Positions 1 to 4,965 of a stretch of DNA of 6,128 nt are shown one piece after another (within the stretch, counting starts at the first letter, position 1; the number at the start of each line of letters is the position of its first letter). The DNA comes from Candidatus Methylomirabilis limnetica (lineage in GTDB: Bacteria > Methylomirabilota > Methylomirabilia > Methylomirabilales > Methylomirabilaceae). A model generated the notes under the pieces. The model ran no database searches, was not told where the DNA came from, and worked only from the letters and a program-made list of their open reading frames with translations. A program made the position numbers and the translations under genes. The stretch is from contig NZ_NVQC01000005.1 of assembly GCF_003044035.1 (NCBI RefSeq), forward strand, positions 1 through 6,128, read 5' to 3'.

Positions 1-16
1 ATCTATACTCCTGACG

Positions 17-127
17 AAACCCCTCCGCAATCCTTCGTAACCGGTAAATCCTGTTGCTGTTGCTTTTTCCCCACCTTCAGATATGATCCTTAATCAAACC
101 GGGCAAATTATGTGCCGGACGGTATTG
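17..127. repeat. Left arm of a perfect inverted repeat of at least 111 bp (partner 6018-6128)
   Basis: The reverse complement of 6018-6128, checked block by block, equals 17-127 with no mismatch. Pairing stops at 128/6017. The right arm runs into the window edge, so the true length is unknown. The inner end coincides with the first base of core copy 1 (127-137). Confidence 0.95.
60..87 (+). promoter_or_regulatory. Candidate sigma70-type promoter inside the inverted repeat, facing inward (mirror copy on the minus strand at 6058-6085)
   Basis: TTGCTT (60-65), 16-nt spacer, TATGAT (82-87): 3/6 and 5/6 matches to TTGACA/TATAAT. Sequence match only, no other support. Confidence 0.2.
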
Positions 128-416
128 GGACAGACACTATTTATCGTGACGATTCGTGGTGTGTACGGTCATGATCGTGCATGCCACGAATTACCCGAAC
201 CGTTGCATCCGGCCACCCGTATCATGCGAGACAACAAGGGAATGATCGCCAGGCGGTCTTTCGGAACGACAGCGATTCGAATGCGCACGATGACAGAGCG
301 GCCACTGCGAAGAGACGGGATCATCTGGGGGGGGGGTGCGCAGGACACTGGACGAGTAATACACGTGTCGCAGAGGGGAAGACCAAGAAGGGAAGTCAAT
401 AAATAGTGTCTGTCCC
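127..416 (+). mobile_element. Non-coding MITE-like element A (290 bp) bounded by inverted copies of the 11-nt core
   Basis: 127-144 GGGACAGACACTATTTAT is the exact reverse complement of 399-416 (18-bp perfect terminal inverted repeat). The body aligns to 2624-2908 with about 35 mismatches and 5 gap positions (hand alignment). The ORF open in A (83..406) is broken in copy B by a 1-nt indel and an in-frame TGA, so the conservation is not protein-coding. Confidence 0.75.
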
Positions 417-439
417 TATTTACTATATTTACTATTTAC
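417..439 (+). repeat. Short tandem repeat abutting core copy 2: TATTTAC TATATTTAC TATTTAC
   Basis: Units at 417-423, 424-432 and 433-439, starting on the first base after GTGTCTGTCCC. Confidence 0.9.
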
Positions 440-459
440 AAGAACAGCGAGAGAAAGTT

Positions 460-595
460 GTCATTGCGAACGAAGTGAAGCAATCTCGCATTGTTGCACT
501 GAGATTGCCGCGTACCCTGCGGGTGCTACTCAGAAACTGGCAAAGTGTCTGCCACCTGCGGGTCAGCCACCGCTGGATTGGGCACTCGCAATGAC
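460..595. repeat. REP-like nested imperfect palindrome
   Basis: The outer arms GTCATTGCGA (460-469) and TCGCAATGAC (586-595) are exact reverse complements. Inner hairpin: GCAATCTC (480-487) / GAGATTGC (501-508) with a 13-nt loop. CCTGCGGGT is repeated at 516-524 and 555-563. The overlapping ORF 406..594 looks like a by-product of the repeat. Confidence 0.6.
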
Positions 596-682
596 GTAAG
601 AAATCGAGTGGTTGCGAGGTCTATCGCTGTTCTTGGGCTGAAATACTTGCCGGACGCCTCAATGTGTTCTATAACTACTGAT

Positions 683-1021
683 ATGGATGATCAATACGTC
701 ACCCTCGCGCCGTCTCCTCTGATACTCCTGCCGGTCTACACCGGCATTACCTCTCTCGATGAGGCCGTTCGTGATCCGCGGGGGACCCGCCTGCTCTGGC
801 TTGAACTCCTGGTCAATGACGGCCTCGATCTTCGCCCGTGGTGGGAACGCCCGGAGGTTCGAGAGGCGTATCAGAAGGCATGCCGCTGGTACACCACGTA
901 CCGAAGCGTACTGGAAGCGGTACTGCCGCGCCCTCCTCTCCCTCCTGATCCTGGCCCGGTTGACCCCCGTGAGTACCGTCTGTTTGCGGAGGCAATAAGG
1001 TTTGTCTGCGCTCACGATTGA
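683..1021 (+). CDS. Hypothetical protein (112 aa from ATG 683), upstream partner of the nucleotidyltransferase gene
   Basis: Part of ORF 545..1021. The third-position GC bias typical of the other genes here begins about at ATG 683. The in-frame starts GTG 545 and ATG 662 lie in or next to the REP-like palindrome. There is no clear SD, so the start is uncertain. The stop overlaps the next gene by 20 nt. No family recognised. Confidence 0.45.
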   Translation: MDDQYVTLAPSPLILLPVYTGITSLDEAVRDPRGTRLLWLELLVNDGLDLRPWWERPEVREAYQKACRWYTTYRSVLEAVLPRPPLPPDPGPVDPREYRLFAEAIRFVCAHD

Positions 1022-1574
1022 TCAACTGACTGCGCTGCTTGCCGCCTACACCCATGAGACTGGGGTGCCTGTAGACCTTCTTCTGGTGGGTGGCCTCGCG
1101 CTCCAGGCGTATGGCTACACGGATCGCGCGACACAGGATGTGGACGGCGAGGTTGCCGGAGATCCTGAACACCTGAGCGCATTTCTGCGGCGACACCACG
1201 TCCCGGCCGACCTCGGAGAGAATCTCTCAAGCTGGTCAGTCATTGCCATGCCGCCTGGCTACCGCGATCGAGCCGTCGTACACCATACGCGACCTGGTCT
1301 TCGCCTGCGGCTCTTACACCCCACCGATTTCGTGATCGCAAAGCTCCGGCGTGGGACCGAGCTTGACCTGGACGATGCTGAGTATGTGGCGCGGCGGTTC
1401 CACGTGACTTCGGACACCGTGCGGCAGGCTGCGGAAGCGGCCCTCGCCGTCTCCCCGAAGGATACGGTGCTTTTCCTGTTCCGCATAACGGTCCAGGTGT
1501 TCTGTGCCCGACTGTCCAATGCGGGGACGCCCCCTTTGGAAAAGGGGGCGGGGGGGTTTTTACGGAACACTTAG
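1002..1574 (+). CDS. Nucleotidyltransferase-fold protein, AbiEii/DUF6036-like (190 aa)
   Basis: TTG start with GGAGG (988-992) 9 nt upstream. The N-terminal LLLVGGLALQAYGYTDRATQDVD fits the pol-beta-type signature (G-G/S, short spacer, D-x-D) as it appears in AbiEii/DUF6036-type proteins. HPTDFVIAKLRRGTELDLDDAEYV is typical of that group. The last ~15 codons run through a GC-rich palindromic repeat (PPLEKGAGGF...), so the native C-terminus may have been replaced. Confidence 0.6.
   Translation: MSALTIDQLTALLAAYTHETGVPVDLLLVGGLALQAYGYTDRATQDVDGEVAGDPEHLSAFLRRHHVPADLGENLSSWSVIAMPPGYRDRAVVHHTRPGLRLRLLHPTDFVIAKLRRGTELDLDDAEYVARRFHVTSDTVRQAAEAALAVSPKDTVLFLFRITVQVFCARLSNAGTPPLEKGAGGFLRNT
1528..1561 (+). 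repeat. GC-rich palindromic repeat unit (CGCCCCCTTT-GGA-AAAGGGGGCG) followed by G6T5; possible terminator-like hairpin
   Basis: The 10-bp stem 1528-1537 / 1541-1550 is exactly complementary, with a 3-nt loop, followed by GGGGGGTTTTT. It lies inside the 3' end of CDS 1002..1574, before its stop codon. Confidence 0.6.
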
Positions 1575-1606
1575 TGAGCGACAGGAAGGGAGAAACCCCC
1601 TTCAAT

Positions 1607-1625
1607 CCCCCTTTGCCAAAGGGGG
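1607..1625. repeat. Second GC-rich palindromic unit CCCCCTTTG-C-CAAAGGGGG
   Basis: 19-nt palindrome sharing the CCCCCTTT/AAAGGGGG arms with 1528-1550. The 10-mer TACGGAACAC also recurs at 1561-1570 and 1717-1726. Confidence 0.55.
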
Positions 1626-2130
1626 AGAAAAGACGGGTAATGACCAGATAGACCAAAGAGGAGGGGATATTAGATTCCTCCCTGCCTGTGCGTGGCTGTA
1701 CGCAGGCCGGTTCACCTACGGAACACCCGGAAGCACCTAAAAGAACTCTGCTAAGATAGGCTGCACTTACAGTGGCTTCCTGGCCGTCTGGAAAAGGAAA
1801 GTGGGAGGGTATTGCTCCCCCTCCCGCTTCGTCGTGATGTTGTTGACTCCCGCTAGACCTGCGGACCGTACTTGCCAAACGTTGCAATAATGTGGATCTC
1901 GTTTTTTCCTATCCCTTTTCCGTTTCTCCAGATTTTCCCTTTCAGCTCCTGCGCGTAGGAGCGTTATTTATTCTCAATTGGCCCCTGGGCCAAAAACAGA
2001 GGGATGTAGCCCATGACCGCGATTTGTCCCGAAGTTGCGGGAAAATGTCATTTACCGGATTATCCAGGCCGGTAGGCGTCAGAGCGATCTGGAGAGCAGT
2101 TCCATGAAAATCATTGAACCCGATCGCATT

Positions 2131-2196
2131 ATCGTGACCGCGAACAGCACGAATTGTCACGATAATAGTGTCTGTCCCTATTTTACCTATTTTATG
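2131..2196 (-). repeat. Inverted copy of the element left-end module (hairpin + core copy 3 + tandem TATTTTAYN units) without an A/B-type body
   Basis: Perfect 8-bp hairpin ATCGTGAC (2131-2138) / GTCACGAT (2156-2163) with a 17-nt loop, then AATA, then GTGTCTGTCCC (2168-2178), then TATTTTACC TATTTTATG (2179-2196). The reverse complement matches 127-175 of element A. Similarity to A/B is lost beyond the hairpin. Confidence 0.8.
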
Positions 2197-2198
2197 TC

Positions 2199-2238
2199 TA
2201 AGAAGGGATGTCAATAAATAGTGTCTGTCCCTATTTAC
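2199..2238 (+). repeat. Solo copy of the element right end (core copy 4)
   Basis: 2199-2238 matches 384-423 (the right end of element A plus its first TATTTAC unit) at 38 of 40 positions. Core at 2221-2231. No element body precedes it. Confidence 0.85.
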
Positions 2239-2603
2239 TCGGATCTGTGCACAAGTGGAGCGATAGGATCATAGTTAACTTCGACTCCCTTCTCTGCGCC
2301 GGGGGCCCCAATCACCAAGGCGACAGCACCTACTTCTTTGGCCTTGTCTCTGCACGGCCGCCAAGGTCTGTCGCAGCATCTATCAAGGAGACGGTCCGCT
2401 TAGCCTCTGAGTCGCCAAAACTCAAGAAAGAGCTACGACACGACGTGTTGGTCCGCGTGCCCCAGACAGGCACGGCGAGTGAGCCAGATCGTCCAGGAAG
2501 TCTTTGAGATCAATCCCGGGATTGCCAGAGTAACCTGTAGCGATTTGGCGGAGAACCTGATCCGACCCTACGGGTCCAAAGGACGAGGCTGGAGCTTGTG
2601 CCG

Positions 2604-2935
2604 TTAAATAAAAATAGAAAATAGGGACAGGCACTATCATCGTGACGATTCGTGATGCTTGCGGTCATGATCGTGCCTGTTACAGATTACCAGAACCGTT
2701 GCACCCGGCCACCCGTATCGTGTGACGGAACGAGGGAGTGATCGCCAGGCGGTCTTTCGGAACGACAACGATTCGAAAGCGGACGATGACAGAGCGGCCG
2801 ATGCAAAGAGACGGGTTCATCTGGGAGGTGCGCAGGACACTGGACGAGTCATACACGTGTGGCAGAGGGGAAGGCCAAGAAAGGATCTCAATAAATAGTG
2901 TCCGTCCCTATATCACCCCTATATCACCTATATCA
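2604..2935 (+). mobile_element. Non-coding MITE-like element B with both AT-rich flanks (core to core 2624-2908)
   Basis: The left flank 2604-2623 reads outward as TATTTTC TATTTTTA TTTAA. Then come core GGGACAGGCAC (2624-2634), hairpin 2639-2671, a body about 85% identical to A, core GTGTCCGTCCC (2898-2908), and TATATCACCCC TATATCACC TATATCA (2909-2935). Confidence 0.75.
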
Positions 2936-3051
2936 AGGATGGCTCACTGTCACCGAAGGGGAGTTGACGACACCCCGCATGAGGTGGACTGTAGGCGGAG
3001 CGTGAGTGTTTTGGTTCTCGTGAGTTGGACCATTAAAAAGGAGCGTCACGC

Positions 3052-3269
3052 ATGGGCGACCGGCTCTTAAGCGCGCAGGAGGTGGCGGCTCGGCTCAACC
3101 TGAAGGTGTGCACAGTGATGACTTGGTGGCGAAGGGCGACCTGTCAGCCCTCCGCTTTAGGAGAAAGCTCCGGATTCGGCCTGGCGCGGTGGATGCCTTG
3201 GTGACGGCGCGAGAACAGCCCGTGGCTGAGCACGGCGTTCAGAATCGGGTTTTTCTGCAGCCTCGTTAG
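3052..3269 (+). pseudogene. Excisionase/MerR-like HTH (HTH_17-type) DNA-binding protein, frameshifted
   Basis: AGGAG (3039-3043) lies 8 nt before ATG 3052. Frame 1 gives MGDRLLSAQEVAARLNLKVCTV, then nonsense to TGA 3202-3204. The -1 frame from about 3120 gives DLVAKGDLSALRFRRKLRIRPGAVDALV... to TAG 3267-3269. Joined together they match the excisionase-type pattern LLt..EvA..L.v...Tv..lv..G.L.a.r.gr..ri. This implies a 1-nt loss near 3118-3119, or a sequencing error. Confidence 0.6.
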
Positions 3270-3298
3270 GCATTCTTACGATTCTCTCATTTTAAATA

Positions 3299-3337
3299 GT
3301 TGCTGTCCCTATTATTCACTATTATTCTATTATTCAA
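3299..3337 (+). repeat. Degenerate solo end: core copy 7 (GTTGCTGTCCC) plus three tandem TATTATTC units
   Basis: Core variant at 3299-3309 (GT swapped to TG at positions 3-4), preceded by TTTTAAATA as in the right-end flank. It is followed by TATTATTCAC (3310-3319), TATTATTC (3320-3327) and TATTATTCAA (3328-3337). Confidence 0.7.
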
Positions 3338-3425
3338 CGTGTGAACCGATCCCACTTTTGAACGCGCGAGTTCTCGGTCATGGCCCTCTGGGCGGAACCG
3401 CGTGTAACGACACTGGAGTGACCAG

Positions 3426-4733
3426 ATGCGTCGTATTTTGTGCAGTCTCGCGGTCGTGCTGACCCCCATCCTGGCTTGGGCGGGGGTCGATCGCCCGCCG
3501 GTCACGTTTAATAAAGACGTCCTCCCGATCCTGCAGAGGAACTGTCAGGGATGCCACCGGCCTGGGGAAGCGGCGCCGATGCCGCTGCTGACCTACCAGG
3601 ATGCGCGACCTTGGATCAAGGCTATTCGTGATGCGGTCCTGCAACAGCGAATGCCGCCGTGGTTCGCCGACTCACAACACGGCAAGTTCGCCAACGATCG
3701 CTCGCTCTCGCAGGCCGAAATCGACACGCTGGTGGCCTGGGTCGACGGGGGCGCCCGCGAAGGAGACGCCGCCGATCTGCCGCCACCACGGGAGTTTGTC
3801 AAGGGATGGAACATCGGCCGACCGGACCTGGTCTTCGAAATGCCGAGGGAATTCCACGTTCCGGATTCCGGCACGATCCAGTATCAGTACGTTGTGATAC
3901 CCACCGGCTTCACAGGGGACAGGTGGGTACAGATGGCAGAGATACGTCCAGGCAATAGGGCGTTGGTCCATCATGTCATGGTGTACCTTCGCGAGCCGGG
4001 GTCGAAGTGGCTGCACTGGGCTAAGCCCGGCGAGCCGTTTGAGGTACGGAGCTTGCGAGACGGGTCGCGACGATTCGATCTCCTGGTCGGCTTTGTTCCG
4101 GGCAGTGTACCGCAGATGCTAAAACCCGGTCAGGCCAAGCTTATCAAGGCTGGATCCGACCTGGTTTTTGAGCTGCACTATACGGCGAACGGGAAAGCCG
4201 GGACGGATCGCACCCGTATGGGCCTGATTTTCGCCAAGGAACCGCCCGTGGAGCAAGTCAGTACTATTTGGGCCAAGAACCGCGTATTCGTGATCCCCGC
4301 CGGAGCGCCGAATCACCGCGTGGACGCCGAGCGGACACTTGATCATGACGTGACTCTACTCGCCCTGCTCCCCCACATGCATCTGCGGGGGAAATCTGTG
4401 CAGTACCGGGCAGTCTACCCGACGGGGGAATCACAGATCCTGCTCGATGTACCGAGATACAGCGTCAACTGGCAGCTTTCTTACTATCTGAAGGAGCCTC
4501 TACTTCTCCCCAAGGGGACGCGTATCGAGTGCACAGGCTACTTCGACAATTCAGCGAACAATCCCAACAATCCGAATTCGGCGGTCGCGGTTCGGTACGG
4601 TAAACAGAGCCAGGACGAGATGATGGTCTGCCTCATGGATGTGACTTCTCGACGCCGCGATGAATCCGGGGCTTCTATTCAAAAGGGAGATGGCGAGGTT
4701 CTGCAACGCCCGTCGCCCGAGCCGCCTGACTGA
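3426..4733 (+). CDS. Secreted cytochrome c domain fused to a copper type II ascorbate-dependent monooxygenase (PHM/DBH)-like domain (435 aa)
   Basis: GGAG lies 7 nt before ATG 3426. The Sec-type signal peptide is MRRILCSLAVVLTPILAWA. The heme c motif CQGCH is at 3543-3557. The full PHM-type ligand pattern has matching spacing: HH (aa 182-183, nt 3969-3974), H251 (4176-4178), HMH (aa 317-319, 4374-4382) and DEMM (Met 399/400, 4620-4625). It is the longest ORF in the window. Confidence 0.8.
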   Translation: MRRILCSLAVVLTPILAWAGVDRPPVTFNKDVLPILQRNCQGCHRPGEAAPMPLLTYQDARPWIKAIRDAVLQQRMPPWFADSQHGKFANDRSLSQAEIDTLVAWVDGGAREGDAADLPPPREFVKGWNIGRPDLVFEMPREFHVPDSGTIQYQYVVIPTGFTGDRWVQMAEIRPGNRALVHHVMVYLREPGSKWLHWAKPGEPFEVRSLRDGSRRFDLLVGFVPGSVPQMLKPGQAKLIKAGSDLVFELHYTANGKAGTDRTRMGLIFAKEPPVEQVSTIWAKNRVFVIPAGAPNHRVDAERTLDHDVTLLALLPHMHLRGKSVQYRAVYPTGESQILLDVPRYSVNWQLSYYLKEPLLLPKGTRIECTGYFDNSANNPNNPNSAVAVRYGKQSQDEMMVCLMDVTSRRRDESGASIQKGDGEVLQRPSPEPPD

Positions 4734-4965
4734 ATCCTTGGGATTTGGCGCGGCCGAATCAGCGATGGGTAGGACTCACGGTATCTTTCCGCGTTTGGTC
4801 GCAGTGATCGGGCTGTGCTATTTGCGCCAACGGGCCACGATGGGACGCAAGATCGGAGACTACATCGTACAGAACCACCTCAAGCCTGTCCGCTAACTAA
4901 CAGAGGGGATGGTCGGGCGGTCTTCCTTAAAGGTAGAAGGAAAGGTGCTCTGAGGCATGCCCGGC

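Noticed and set aside
17-127. tRNA or tmRNA 3' end as the integration target within the repeat arm.
   Set aside because: There is no T-arm (GGTTCGAATCC-like) or acceptor/CCA features in either orientation.
83-406. 107-aa ORF through the inverted repeat and element A. Its first 15 residues are identical to those of ORF 5694..6062 on the minus strand.
   Set aside because: The shared N-terminus is just the inverted repeat read in both arms. The frame is not preserved in element B (indel plus in-frame stop), and the minus-strand ORF runs through the AT-rich flank. Both are treated as non-coding.
127-416. Retron msr/msd, TnpB/IscB omega-RNA or IS110 bridge RNA.
   Set aside because: None of the required partner genes (RT, TnpB/IscB, IS110-type recombinase) is in the window, and I recognise no diagnostic sequence. 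This cannot be asserted or fully excluded without a covariance-model search.
545-553. Partial core-like strings: GTGTCTGCC (545-553), GACAGGCAC (2465-2473), GGGACAG (3917-3923, inside the CDS) and CTGTCC (5984-5989).
   Set aside because: These are short or gapped matches without the characteristic flanks, so they are compatible with chance.
1240-1887. 215-aa minus-strand ORF, the second longest in the track.
   Set aside because: It is antisense to the better-supported nucleotidyltransferase gene. It is also extended by GC-rich palindromic repeats that stay open in several frames. No recognisable motif.
1945-1962. Hairpin GCTCCT-GCGCGT-AGGAGC followed by GTTATTTATTCT as a rho-independent terminator.
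   Set aside because: The stem is only 6 bp, the T tract is interrupted, and no plus-strand gene ends upstream of it.
2208-2640. ORFs 2208..2507 (+) and 2422..2640 (-) in the segment between core copies 4 and 5. The minus strand includes a Walker-A-like string, VALVIGAPGAEKG.
   Set aside because: Both ORFs begin or end inside the repeat modules. The minus-strand reading is broken across three frames. GAPGAEKG lacks the GK[ST] of a real P-loop. At most this is a heavily decayed pseudogene.
2624-2908. Apparent compensatory change in the terminal cores of element B (GGGACAGGCAC vs GTGTCCGTCCC).
   Set aside because: When paired base by base, the two substitutions fall at different positions. They give an A-C mismatch and a G-T pair, not a compensated pair. 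This is no evidence for covariation.
127-2908. Template/variable repeat pair of a diversity-generating retroelement.
   Set aside because: The ~35 differences between the copies include all substitution types and are not confined to adenines. Neither copy lies in an ORF, and there is no reverse transcriptase.
127-2935. IS630/Tc1-mariner-type MITE with TA target duplication (TA flanks the core on both sides at canonical copies).
   Set aside because: The TA is part of the extended palindromic frame ATAG...CTAT, so it cannot be separated from the inverted repeat itself. Copy 1 lacks it on the outer side. No transposase is present. It stays a possibility, but this window does not support it.
417-3337. 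CRISPR-like array formed by the short repeats.
   Set aside because: The units are 7-11 nt, directly abutting with no spacers, occur in only 1-3 copies per site, and differ between sites.
4660-4896. 78-aa ORF overlapping the end of the monooxygenase gene.
   Set aside because: It overlaps the 3' end of a strong CDS in another frame. The internal ATG at 4765 has no SD, and there is no recognisable motif.
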